Shown here: positions 37,766-50,117 of the stretch, piece by piece | Layout: each line of letters starts with the position of its first letter | Position numbering within the stretch: the first letter of the stretch is position 1 | Assembly: GCA_028534125.1 (NCBI GenBank) | Contig: CM052817.1 | Location: forward strand, 45,634,001-45,698,000 | Source: Lama glama | Taxonomy: Eukaryota | DNA: 64,000 bases | Direction of reading: 5' to 3' | Program-made: the position numbers and the translations under genes | Notes under the pieces: model-generated | What the model saw: only the letters and a program-made list of their open reading frames with translations | Databases searched by the model: none | Told to the model about the DNA's origin: nothing

Positions 37766-39583
37766 AGCATTCTTATGATGACACTAAGGAAGGACAAGTT
37801 TGTGTCACAGTGGAATCTTCAGGCAAGAGAGGGCAGTGACCCTCAGGTCAGCCTCCCTGGTCCAGGCTGCTGTGGGGAGCGGGGAAGCCGCCAGTGGAAA
37901 CCGAGAGAGAGGCTCTCACAAACACACTGGGCAACAGTGGGGGCCTGTGTCGGCGTCATGACAGAACAGGGGGAAGGGGAGGCAATCTCCCCCTCGGCAG
38001 AGAACACAGCCCAGCAGGGCAGCAGGAGTTAGCGGAAAGGTGGCAGTGCCCGGCCGGGGGACAAGTGCCTGGGACCTGGCTGGGCTTGCTCCGGGCTGCA
38101 TGCCAGACACCCTCGAGATGGCCCAAAATAGCTGAGAGGGACTTTGCAAGGGTTGGAAGATCCCATTTTACCAGGAGGTGTAAGAGTCTTCAGAGCTGCG
38201 TTAGACTTACATCTGATGCCAGTCCCTTGGGTGAAAAGCAACCAAGGGCTCTGGTGACAGACAGACCTAGTTTGAGTCCCACCTCTGCCACTTACTGCAC
38301 CGCACACACTCGGAGGGCATGGGCCACCTAAGTCATTTGGAAGTGTGCAGAAGGGTGCAGTACATGCATGAATGGACTGAATGTCCTGGAACCTCAGTTT
38401 CCCCATCTGTAAGATGGCGAGAGTGTAATGATCAGGGAAGTGATGCAAGGATTACATTAGACAATTGCCCTCAGGAGCCAAAAGTTCCTACTGAACATAT
38501 GTTACTTCTTCTTTATAGTAAATATTAAGTGTCTTGCTTAAAATAGAAACCCAATACATTCACTGACCGGAACAGATAATGTGGTTTTAGGGCAGTATAT
38601 GTAGTCCATTCTAAACTTGCCAAAGACTACAACCTTTAGGGGAAAAGATCATACCTCTTACAGGGGTTTTCCCAATTTGATCAGTGCTTTTAAGTGTCAT
38701 ATATGACTCAGTCCTTTCTGACGAAAATCGAAATATAGCTATGAGCTATTGATAAGTGCCACTGAATTTTAGGAGAGTAAAAGATTCAAGGTAGGTTACT
38801 AAATAATTGAAACAGATTATGACCTGACTTGGAAAAACTACGATACCAGGGAAAAGTGGACTTGGACGCAAGAATTCACAGTGTGTTCACACTGCACATT
38901 ATTATTAGGCTTTTTCTTTCCATGCACATTCAGCGTGCTTTCTGACCAAACCTGTTCAAGCCAGCTTGGAATAATGGAGCTGTTACTTGCTTTCATGCCC
39001 ACGGCAGGTCCTCAGGAAATGACTGAATGATGGATGGGAAAGGGCCTGTTTCACGTTTGGTCCTCTTTGTCTACCTTACTCCATCCATTCAAGCCTCCAT
39101 GTTGTGCCGCTGGGAGCCAGGTACCGAAACTTACTGAATCTGACCTCATGTTTAAATCCATCCTCAAACCAGCTTGCTCTAGTTTGCAGGTGGATCCACC
39201 CCTTTCCTGTGTTGCAAAATGCATAGGCTTTGTTGTTGCTGTTTTCTTCAGGATCAGAATAGTTTTTGGTTGGCTTCTGGAGGGGAGAAATTATATTCTG
39301 GATGATTGAAATTGCTGGCTATTTAACTGCCAGAGAGGATGAGTAGGTTGACTTTTTTGAAGGCAAACAAAACAAGTATCAAATGTACCGTTATGGCCTC
39401 AATAAGACTTGATTATGTAACACTACCTATTAATTGAACCAAAGTGTTTACTTTTACAACTGTTTTATAAGGCATGGTGTATACATAAGAATGAAATCAC
39501 TGCTTGGGAAGTTTCTTCATCTCTGACATCCTTCAGTTCTGTTTCAAGATCAGAGGGGGCATCCCACTCTGCAGAAAATATTA

Positions 39584-39589
39584 TTTATT
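39584..39589 (-). terminator. Alternative distal poly(A) signal AATAAA
   Basis: Canonical hexamer ~140 nt beyond the ATTAAA. The downstream GU element is weaker. Confidence 0.35.
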
Positions 39590-39726
39590 GATGTGGGATA
39601 AATTAGCTCTAAGAACAAGCCAGGGCTACTTAATATGAGCAGTACTGAGGATATCCAGTGAATGGCTTGAATAACAAAACATATCAAAATGTGAATCACC
39701 GGTGTCAGACGCAAGCTTTTAAGAAC

Positions 39727-39732
39727 TTTAAT
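39727..39732 (-). terminator. Candidate PARM1 poly(A) signal ATTAAA
   Basis: ATTAAA on the minus strand, with two upstream UGUA elements (39765-39768, 39780-39783) and a downstream U/GU-rich tract (attttgatatgttttgttatt). Confidence 0.55.
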
Positions 39733-42101
39733 TGATATAATCATAATTAGTATGCAGTATGTCTTACAACAAATGTAGATACAGTGACAGCAAATATCAA
39801 AGGAGTTGCACGTCTTTCCATCTTTAAATGAGGTTGGCTAACTCACTCCAAGAAAGCAATCTGTCATTGGTCTCTTGGTTAGCATTGGTCTCATAGTTAG
39901 CGCTATTACCAAAATCAACTAGCACTTTAAAATCAAAGTTGAAATGGTACATTCATTTGCCAAAATAGAGGTAAAAGGCAAAGAAGGTGAATCAACGTGC
40001 AAATCAGCATCTGGCCCAGTTGCAAAATTCGTTTCCCAGATGCGAGGGATTGAACCATGCACCCTTGCAAGCAAGAGGAAGGGCAAACGGATGACATCAA
40101 ACCAAAATCAACTCCACAAAGAACTCAGAAGACTTTGGGGTGGTCAAGGCCAGTTTACTGCTCTTAGTGCTCAAGTGTCCATGTATTACCCTAACTCAAT
40201 AGTCTGTGAGACCTGTGTCCTGGGCCATCCTTTCACTCAAGGATGGAAACCATCCTTTGTGGTCCCAGGAGGTCAGCCAGTGGCACTGGGGGGTAGCCCG
40301 GAGCTGGAACAGCTGTCTGATGGAGCTACCATACAGCTGTCGTTCTATAGATTTAAGTAAAAACAACACAGCAGTATAACAACAAACAAGAAACTGAGAT
40401 CACTCGTACACCTGTGTAATACTTAAAATGTCTATAAATATTTTTCTCCAGAAACTGAAAACATAGTAGACATGATTTCATGAATCCTCACAACCCATTT
40501 GTGAGGTAGCAGGGGGTGAGGTCAATATGACAGCATCACGCCTGCCTAAGAAATGAAGACACAGACATCCAGGGAGGGCAGGAGACTCTGTCGGGGCCGT
40601 GGTGAAAGTAAACAAAGTTGAGCCCCACTCTGTCAACATTTGCAATCCATGGTCGAGAAGAGGCTGCTGGCCTCCCTCCTGCTCTGACATTCTCTCTGAC
40701 GCTTTAGGACTAGTCCTGTCCCTGGATGGTGTCTGGTTGTTTTCAATCCCCTGGAGCCGTTTCCGTCGGGTAGACTTGAACAGACTCGCTCCTTGAGGTA
40801 AAGGACGTCAGTTATTAGCATACATTTCAGATGTGTGTATATGTGTGTGTGTGTGTTAAGCAATATTTCTTGAATGCAGTTAAATTTCTTGGCCAACTCA
40901 AGAACAGGAAAAAATGCCACTTGGCAAAATAAGGTTCAACCCATTGATATTTGATACTAACATAACAAGGAGTGTTAAGAGTTTTTATGGGAAACTGTCA
41001 CCTGGCTGAATGCATCTGCTGTAGGTCCAAGTCCCTTTCTTCACCATAAGGACCTGGAAGTTAATAAGAATGACCAGTCCATCAAGGACTCTTGTACAAC
41101 AGGAGCCTTTGATAAGGAAGATGTTTGCTGAGTCCATGATTTATAATCGGTCGGAATTCCCTGGGGAGAGGCTGGTCCCTCTGACACAGTACTTATGACA
41201 GAGCAACATCCAGGTCTCACCTCTGCAAAAGTGTCTCATGGACATTTTGTCAACATGTTTGTGATCAAGGGAGAAAAAAATATATGGAATGTCCTGTTTT
41301 TATTGAATTGTCCTTTGCCAAACCTAAAGCTTATAAAGGGGGTGAAGGTCGGGAAGGGGGCCAATTATTCAGGCCAAGCATGGTCAGAAGGGGCACCCTT
41401 GGTCATTCCTGGCCATTTTTCTGACAATATCCTTTATTTAAAAAAAGATGATCACAGATATGAGAATTCCTGGAAGCCTACTTCTCAGTCTTCACTCCTG
41501 CTGTAAAACAACTCTGGGGATTGCTCATTCCCCTTTGGTACCTAAGGAGTTTAGGAATAATTTCCTTCAGAGTGTGGGAGTGGTAGGTTGCGGAAAGTGG
41601 CATCGGTCCTGGTGTCTCTGACACCAGAAAGGTTTAGAACAGCATGGCAGCAGCCGTTTTCATGTCAGTCCTTTACTCCACAGTGAGTGACAGGAGGAGT
41701 TGAAGGTCAAGTTTCTGGAAACTAAACAGAGTCACAGCAACAGGGCCAAGTTTAGAAATAAAATAATGCAACTTTAAGTTCTTTATGATATTGTGGGACC
41801 ATATAACACATTTGGAGACAGACGCCAATGTATGTTTTTCTACTCCATGAAATCAGGACAGAAGATGCCAATTACTAATGTTCTGTGTTACAAGAGGACA
41901 GAGTTATAGCCATGAAATAAAGCTATCTAGAAAATACATAGAAATCAAAAGGCAAGCATGCATAGCAAAAACAACCCATCAGCCAACAAATGAAGCACTT
42001 TTCAGATATAACCAATAATCAACCAATTATTTCATTTAGTTAAAAATAAACTCACTAACCTGGGAGGGTCTGGTTTTGTCACAATGGGCATTGAAATAAA
42101 T

Positions 42102-42292
42102 CAGGGTTCCTCAAACTCGGCACTATTGACATTTCAGGCCAGATAATTCTTAGTTGTGATGGGCCATCCTGTACCTCATGGGATGTTTAGCACATCCATG
42201 ACCTTCACTCACTACTAGCACCCGTCAGTTGTGACACCCAAAAATATCACCAGAAACTTTCAAATGTCCTCTCTGCTGCTGGAGAACCACAG
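42102..42292 (-). mobile_element. MER20 hAT-Charlie element inside the PARM1 3' UTR
   Basis: cagggttcctcaaactcggcactattgacatttcaggccagataattctt...ggatgtttagca...gttgtgacacccaaaaat is the reverse complement of the recalled MER20 consensus. Confidence 0.88.
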
Positions 42293-43496
42293 CCGTAAAT
42301 GGATGCCCGCAAAGATGATCAGTTCCTTTTCAAAATTTGTGATGCAGGATTTTATGTCTCTGTACCGACGGGTGTTCACTTGTTAAAGGGCACGATTAGT
42401 AAGGCAGGGTTAAGGGAAGAATAAATGGATTAATCCCCATGTCTGTTTCCTATGGAAATGCCTCACCGAGCAATTGCAGGTAGACTAGTGCCCTTAAAAA
42501 ATTTCTTTAAAAAATAGTTTACAGACGTTATCCAACAGACAGTAAGGCAGTGAACCAGTTGCTCTGTGGGTCGAAAGCAAGGATTCTACAGGCTCCTCCA
42601 AGCAGTGCATGTCCCCGCTGGGTATTGAGGGCTGAGTCCCACTTCCCCGAATGAGGCGCTCAATGCATATGGGGCCCTCCCTTCTCTCCCACCCTCCTCC
42701 ACGCCCCCCATTACACTCACTCCACACATCTCTCTCTTTCTTTTCCATAACTAAACTCATCTCACAGCCTTCTCCTGTGGAACCACAACTCCCTAAAGGT
42801 GTGTGGGCTGGGGTCGCAGCTGCAATTGACCAGAATGGGCATCCTTAGCAGAGACAGGTGCCCTGGAGGGGAGGACATGTTGAGGGCACGCTGAAATCTG
42901 ACAGCAGCCTGCTACTCTGACTCCCTCGGGCACCTCGGTTTTCCTCCTTCCTTAATTAGGCGGCTGAGAAGCTAGGATCCAGCTTGCAGAGCTGAACAGG
43001 CTTCCTGTCAGACACAACCAGGTGAAGAGAGATTAAAAAGGAATCCTGCATCCTCACCTGCAGGGCGGACTCCTCCCACTGAGATTTAATGTAATTTCCC
43101 AAAGAAAAGTTTGTGAAATACCACAAACGGCAAGTTCCCCTAAAAGTAACCTCTGATGACACAGCCTGACCCCTCTTCTCAGTTCTTCTTGCCGTGGGTC
43201 CTGTCCTGGGTACAGACACCTCCATCGTGGTGGTGTCCAGCCTGGAGGGCTCAAGGTTGGCCCATGTCAGTTGCAAATCAGCCTCCACTCACTTTTAATT
43301 TTTTTTTTTTTTTTTTTGGTACCAGAAAGGGTGAGTTGTAGCAGCCAGAGGAGAGGGAGGAAAACAAAACAACCAAACCAACACAACAAGGCTGAAGATT
43401 GTCGCTCAGTGAGCATCAGGTTCTTGTAATTAATTCTACTGGATAAGCACTGATAAATAAAGACAGTTGCTCCTCATCCTGTGCCATGTTCCTTTG

Positions 43497-43581
43497 TTAG
43501 GAGTCGTCGTACAGAGGGTTGTTGTAGTTTCCCCAGGACCCGTAGTCGTGATCATCCAAGAGCCTTCCGTAGGAGGAGTGC
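43497..43581 (-). CDS. PARM1: PARM1 last coding exon: cytoplasmic tail (R)[27 protein letters not shown] with YGRL (YxxPhi) and NPLY (NPxY) sorting motifs
   Basis: Acceptor tcttctcccaccccag|G CAC TCC TCC TAC GGA AGG ... GAC GAC TCC TAA, with the stop at 43497-43499. The peptide is the recognisable PARM1 C-terminus. Confidence 0.97.
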
Positions 43582-43989
43582 CTGGGGTGGGAGAAGACAG
43601 GGTTGTGGTTATTTGGAGAAGGTGCCCATCTGTGGGCAGCCTCGTGCCCTGGGGCCCGCTAGAGGGGACACAGTTCTTCACTAGGACAACCTCTGGGCAG
43701 CAGCCCCACTGAGCGTGGAGGCCCCAGGCTGCAAACGCCCTGAGTTACGACTGAGCCTCTGGGAGCCTGACTGGCGCCTTCTGGTGAGATCAGCGGGGTG
43801 CTTGTCTCTCACTGACCTCCAGCGCTGGAGCAGGAAGAGGCTTCGTTTCCATGGCTATTTAATAAGAAGTAATGGGAAAGAGAAGGCTGCATGCCTGGCA
43901 TTTTGGCTTAGGTCCTGGACTTGATTTTCCCTGAAATGATAATAACACAAGCAGAATGGCTGTTGCTTACACCACCTCTCCTGACCTCT

Positions 43990-44190
43990 GTATAATGTTT
44001 TACAATCTGCAAAGTTCTTCTATATTCCGTATTTGCTGGATCCTCAGAATAGAGCCATGGGCCAGGTACTGTTTATTTTGATTTCTCCAATGAGAAAAAT
44101 AGGGCTCAGGGATGTTGACTGACATGCCCAAAGTTTGCCCAGCTGAGCTATGAGTTGAACCCTCACTTCTGGGGTCTGAATCCAGTGCTC
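43990..44190 (-). mobile_element. MIR SINE
   Basis: atcctcagaatag...atgagaaaaatagggctcagggatgtt...tgcccaaagt. Confidence 0.65.
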
Positions 44191-44299
44191 GGAGCTCAGC
44201 TTCCCCGAGTCTGGTTAGTGCCTTAGCTCAAAGGCAGTATGGCTTTATGAGGCTTTGCTGGGTCATTTGTGGAACCTGTTCCACAATTAATATTATTTC

Positions 44300-45385
44300 T
44301 ATAAGAAAGTGAAGTCAGATTGTTACTCTTTTGTTCAGAACCCTTGAGTAGTTCCTCATCTCACACAGAGTAAAGCCACAGTCACTAGGATGGTTTCCAA
44401 AGCCCTATAGGATGTGACCCCTGTTACTTTCTGTTTTTTAACTTTTTTTTATTGAGTTAAAGTCATTTTACAATGTTGTGTCAAATTCCAGTGTAGAGCA
44501 CAATTTTTCAGTTATACATGAACATATATATATTCATTATCACATTTTTTTTCACTGTGAGCTACCACAAGATCCTATATATATTTCCCTGTGCTATACA
44601 GCATACTCTTGTTTATCTATTCTACATTTTGAACTCCCAGCCTGTCCCTTCCCACCCCCCTCCACCTTGGCAACCACAAGTTTGTATTCTATTTCTGTGA
44701 GTCTGTTTCTGTTTTGTATTTATGTTTTTTTTTTTTTTAAGATTCCACATATGAACGATCTCATATGGTATTTTTCTTTCTCTTTCTGGCTTACTTGACT
44801 TAGAATGACATTCTCCAGGGACATCCATGTTGCTGCAAATGGCGTTATGTTGTCGGTTTTTATGGCTGAATAGTATTCCATTGTATAAATATACCACATC
44901 TTCTTTATCCAGTCTGACCCCTGTTACTTTCTGAGCACGTCGGCTACTAATCCAGTGCTTCTTGCTCTCTTGGATCCAACTACACTGGCCTCCTACTCTT
45001 TCCCCTCATGCCTGACACACTCTTGCCCTAGGGCCTTTGCACTTACTGTTCCCTCAGTTTGGGACAACTGTCCTCCAGCTCTCCACAGAGCTCATCCCCT
45101 CCTAGCCCTCAAGTCTCCACAGATGTCACCTTCTCAGTGAGGCCTTCCTTAAGAACTCTATTTAAACTTGAACTCCCACCCCAAAGCACTTCCTGCTTAA
45201 TTTCTCTCATAGTACACACCACCTTCTAACACACTATATTATTTACTTATTTATTTTGTTATTGCTTCTCTCCCCTAACTAGATGGAATGTGTGGATTAT
45301 TTGCCTGCTGTGTTTGTTCGTAGCTCTGTCTCTAGCACCTAGAAGAAGATCTGGCATGTAGTAAGTCCTCAATAAGTATTTCTGG
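44300..45385 (+). mobile_element. L2 3' end, split by a young L1
   Basis: aagtcagattgttactc...cacactcttgccctagggcctttgcacttactgttccc...tctggcatgtagtaagtcctcaataagtattt. Confidence 0.85.
44434..44914 (-). mobile_element. Young camelid-type L1 3' end (481 bp) with perfect 19-bp TSD, in the last PARM1 intron
   Basis: TSD tgacccctgttactttctg at 44415-44433 and 44915-44933. Confidence 0.95.
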
Positions 45386-48300
45386 AAAAAAACAGTAATG
45401 GGGAAAAAAAATCCTGAAAAGCCAATCTTTTCACGAGATGGGAGCCTTCTGGAAGGGATTAGGGTCATTTTAAGCTTAAAACTCATGGCAGGATTGGGAG
45501 AACAGCATAGAACGAGCACCTAGTGCCTCTGAGGTTCACACTGGCTAGTGAATTTCTACACCTTGTCACAGGGAGTCAGGTATGCTATATACAGGACAGA
45601 TATAAACATACCCACTTCCCCTAATGTTTTCTTACCTACATATGAAAATTAAACAAGATGAAAACACAACTTGAGAGGCACAAAAAGCATTTGTTAGATA
45701 TTCTCTTCAATTTCTTTCTTTTTTTTTTTTGTTTTTTTGCTATATAGTTCTGTGTGTTGCTAAAGTAATTACTGTCACTCTTCTGAAGTGTATTTACATC
45801 TGTCAGGTATCTGAAAAGAGATGATCTGTTGAAAAGCATCAGACCTTTGATGTGCTGGCTTTAGATTTTAAGCCTTCAAATTTCTGATTTCTGTCCTGAA
45901 GACTGGCTCAGTGGACCCAGTCTATACACCTGGGAACTTGAGGATGTCCCACAATATACTCTGTTTTCCCTAAAGGCCCACATCCGTTTCTGTGGGTGTG
46001 AGGAGGATCGAGGTCACAAATAACACACCACTGATCTTCTGATCAGCAGGAATAGTGGAGGCCAGTTCTGGTAAATTAATCACTGCCCATTCACTGCCAA
46101 CACTCCCTCCACTCTTAAAACCTCTAGTTCCAATCAAATCCTTTAACAGGAAGGTTGAGAAATGGAAGCTATAGAATAAACAAGTAAAAACCTAGGGATT
46201 ACAAGACTGGAGCTCAGCCTCAATTTCAGCATGACTTACTGTGGTGAGCCTGGCCAGCCTCATAAACGTGTTCCTGTATTGACAGGACACTCCTGCCTCA
46301 CCTTGGTGTGGTAATTTAACTTCTCACATCGTTTTTATATCTATCATATAATTTTATTCCCACAAAATGTCAGTTGGGCCTATAGATATATGTCCTTGAA
46401 TATACTTTTAACCCCCTGCTTTTTCATCTATAAGACAAATGAACAAAAAATTGCTTTAGGATTGTTGGATGGATTAAATGAGGTAATGCGTATAAAAGAC
46501 CTGGCACATAGTGAATGCACAACAAATGTTGGCCAACATTGCTTTTTAATTTTTATTAGAATGAAACTTACACAAGCACATGGCAGATTTGCAAATAACA
46601 AAGAAGGCTACTCAGCGAGAAGTGAGTATAATTTAAAAAATGATTATCATGCCAGAGTGGGGTTAGAGGATTAAAAATCTTCCCGTCATCAGGTTTTACT
46701 GCTTATGGTTATTGTGGGCAAGACTATTTGATCAGGGCTGTACCTGGATCTGCTGTAGTATAAGAGATGTAGTGTCCACTACACAAGCACTCGTAAGATG
46801 AAGGAAGAAGATGGACCTTTTGGTTTTCTTTGCCTTCTCATTTGAATGAAGAGCGAGCTGAGCAAAATACTAATAAATGAAGAAAACAAAGCAAGAGCTA
46901 TAGATAAACCAAACTGGGGAAGGCACTGAACCCATAGGCCTTGTTTTAACAGATTAACAAGCCTCAACAAGAAGAATGGGCTGTGCTGGGATTCAAGCCA
47001 GGTTTGGGTAAATCCTGCAATACTCTAGAAAGAGCAAGACAGACATACTTTGTATGTGTGTGCTGGGGGGGGTAAAGAGAGAATGATTAATGATCACTTT
47101 AAACTGTCTCTCTAGATCAGAACTTCTTAAATCATGGAATCTTTTAGATGAATAAGGGGGAGTTTTTCAGATTGGTATTTGCAGAGTCTAAAGAGGTGAA
47201 AAAAACTATTCTAAAGATTAGGAAGATGGAGTTTGGCTCAAAGGAGCTGGAAGACTGTCACTGTGATTTAATGGTAGAGCTGGTACTAAAACTGGGGTCT
47301 GCTGGCTTGGTCCTGCAATGCTGCTTCATCTAATTTCAATCCGAATAGCAATGTGTGCAAATGACATCATCATCAGGTCAAAGCAGTTTTGTTTACTCAG
47401 TTTCTTCACAAAGACTGGTGCCATCTAGCATAGCTAAGTTTTCCATTTGCTGTGTCTTGGATCCCTTAGATGGTAAACCTCCTGGGCAGACTATGTCTTA
47501 CTTTGCTTCCAATTTGCTGAGTGTCTGATAGGTTGTTGTTAATGCAATGGTATTTAAAAAAAAATACTTGATGACAAATGCTTACATCCAGTAGCATAAA
47601 AAACAGTACACAGAGTAAAACACTGAGTATACTTGGTCAATACCAGCGGGGATTAGTATGGACTGTGGCAGTTCACAGTGAACTATAATTGTGGCAAAGT
47701 GAAAATACTGTATTAAAGAACAGAAAGGGCCAAAGCCACCATTTTCATCTTATAGACAGGAAGGAGAAAGAGAATTATAGCTAAGTTTCTCCCATGCGAT
47801 GACATGGCTTTAAAGCACTCAGCATAGGCTCACAGTCCCTGTAGATCAATGGCACTGTGCTGTCAATGATGTTCTGCTGTGTCGTACAGCTTAGTTAGCT
47901 CAAAGCAGAACCCGAGGGGATAAAATAGGCAATGACTGATGTGAAGCCCTTCCCTTATTGCTTTCTTCTCAAGTGGCTTTGCTCTAACAAAGCAACTCTC
48001 CCCACTAGCCTCTGCTCCAACTGGTGATGCCTTGTTGGTGACAAACGGTATACGTGGTGGTGACATTTGCGGTTTGAGGCCTTCCCCACAACTGTGAAAT
48101 GGTACCTATTTTAAGATAATTACAGCATCAGTACTTAACAGAACTCAACTGTCTTTGAAAATGAATGAGGTGTTTTACTTTTTTAATGGTGAAACCAACA
48201 TATTTCGGAAAGCACCTTCCCCTTTGTCAGGGTCAACCCAAGTTCTCTGTCGAGTCTCCACCTTTGTTTATTGCTACTCCTCCCAAAGTCAAGTGAGTCT

Positions 48301-48534
48301 TGCCATTCAATCACTAGTGCTTATTATGTGCTAAGAAGGAGAGACATAAAGATGACTAAGATATGGCTTGGTGCTGGGAAAACACAGCTAAACTTGCAGC
48401 ACGTTAATCATTAGTCATTAAGCCTTAGACTCTTACCATCCATTAGTAAAGCTGGTGTGGAGCAGCTGTCACTGTCTCCCTTGTTTCTGATGGTGACTTT
48501 CTTTTCCTCATTGTCATGTCCCTGCCTGGCTTCT

Positions 48535-48900
48535 TTCATTTATTCATTGAAAAGTTGCCATTGATCAGGCCTTATTCTGGGGCTTGGGGGATACTCCAGT
48601 GAACTAAAAGACCAAAATCTCTGTTCTAAGGGAGCTTACATTCTAGTGAGGGCAGACACAAATAAGACATGAAAAATAATATGGCAGATGGTAATAAATG
48701 CAATGGAGGAAAATAGTGCAAGAAAGGGGAATGAGGAGCTCCATATGGGAGCTGATCAGGAAAGGTTTCACTAAGATGTCATTTGAGGAGACATATAAAG
48801 CAGATGCAGATGAGCCATGTGGATGCCTGAGACAGACCCTACAAGGTGGGGAGAACAGCATGTGCAAAGGCACTGCAGCAGAAGCAAACACAGCTGTGTG
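48535..48900 (-). mobile_element. L2 fragment, followed by an old L1M fragment at ~48925-49075
   Basis: ggagcttacattctagtgaggg...gagaacagcatgtgcaaaggcactg. Confidence 0.8.
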
Positions 48901-49962
48901 GTAGCTGTTGAATAATAATTAAAAAATAAACTTTCTATTTTGAGACGATTTTAGACTTACAGAAAAATTCCAAAAATAGTACAAAGAATTCCCGTAAGTC
49001 CTTCACCCAGCTCCCCTTGATGTTAACAGCTTACATAACCAGGGCACATTAGTCAAAACTAAGAAATTAACCTTGTGAACCATAATTTTGAAGCTAAGAA
49101 AAATGTGACCACTAGTGGTGAATTTAGTTGCCCACAGTTAACCACAGCAAGTTAGTGGCAGAATGAGTATCATAATGCAAGAATCCCATCAGTTTTGTCT
49201 TCTCTCTGCCAAAATCTCAAGGATGGAAACATTTCCAAACATTCATTTTCAATGTGCTTTTTCCATAGGCTGGGTTTCTTTTAAAAAGCCATTACTTAAA
49301 ACTTTGTCACTAAATAATCACCTTTACTTTGAAGGGGCAGCTACAATTTGTTTATTTTATATTTAAAAATTATCTGCCAGTATTGTACAGGAAGACATTC
49401 AACACAGAAAAGGCCTGCACACTGGAACACCTGCCTATTTGTAAACAAGTTCAGAGTCACGAGGTAACTAGAAGGACGTCTATGGTTTAACAGATTCTCA
49501 TGGCTTCTCCTCCTCTAAACCTAGTTTCTCTTGATTTGGAATAACCAATACTGCTGCCGCACCCCAAACTTTCCGACCCAGAAGAATCCACTAATCAAGA
49601 AAATGTCTATAAAGCAACTATTACATGTCAGGTATTGCCAGCGGCTTTCTGTCCTTCTAGTGGAGGACACTGGAGGAGGATGTGACGATTCCAGTACTCG
49701 GAGGTGAATGGGACAAAGGAAGCCCGTGCAGCATGAGCCTCAACGGTGGAGACGGTGGTGGGGTGGGGGGTTCCCAGAGAGGATCTCTTTTGAGCTAGAC
49801 AACTTGGAATTAGCCAGACAAAAAAGAATGAACCAGTTACCTCCAACAGAGGGATCCACATGGTCAAAGTAACAAAGGCATGGAACAATGGGGCATCATA
49901 CCTGGGAAGCTTTAGAGCCAAGTGCGTATTTGGAGTGTTGGGGGGTGAGAGCAGGGTAGGGA

Positions 49963-50117
49963 AGGGTTCCTCAAAGTCTGGTCCTCGGACCAGCAGCACT
50001 GGTATCACCCATCTTGACACACTGAGTCAGAATCTATGGGGCTGAGACCAAGGAAAGTGGGTTTGTAGTACACATGCCCATTGATTCTTATGCACATAGA
50101 AGTTTGAGAACCACTGA
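49963..50117. mobile_element. MER5A-like MITE
   Basis: ggttcctcaaagtctggtcctcggaccagcagcact...aagtttgagaaccactg terminal inverted repeats. Confidence 0.8.

Larger units (their letters stand above)
39700..43496 (-). other. PARM1: PARM1 3' UTR (~3.8 kb; 3' end approximate)
   Basis: Mostly repeat-poor sequence after the stop codon, ending at candidate poly(A) signals. The length fits the long UTR recalled for PARM1 mRNA. Confidence 0.7.

Noticed and set aside
36957..38528. Dense overlapping ORFs on both strands
   Set aside because: GC-richer DNA and MIRs lower stop-codon frequency; there is no coherent product or exon structure.
43436..43681. 81-aa Thr-rich ORF as an independent mucin-like gene
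   Set aside because: It starts at a non-ATG codon in the intron and is just a shifted frame over the PARM1 last exon. It is relevant only under the exon-skipping hypothesis.
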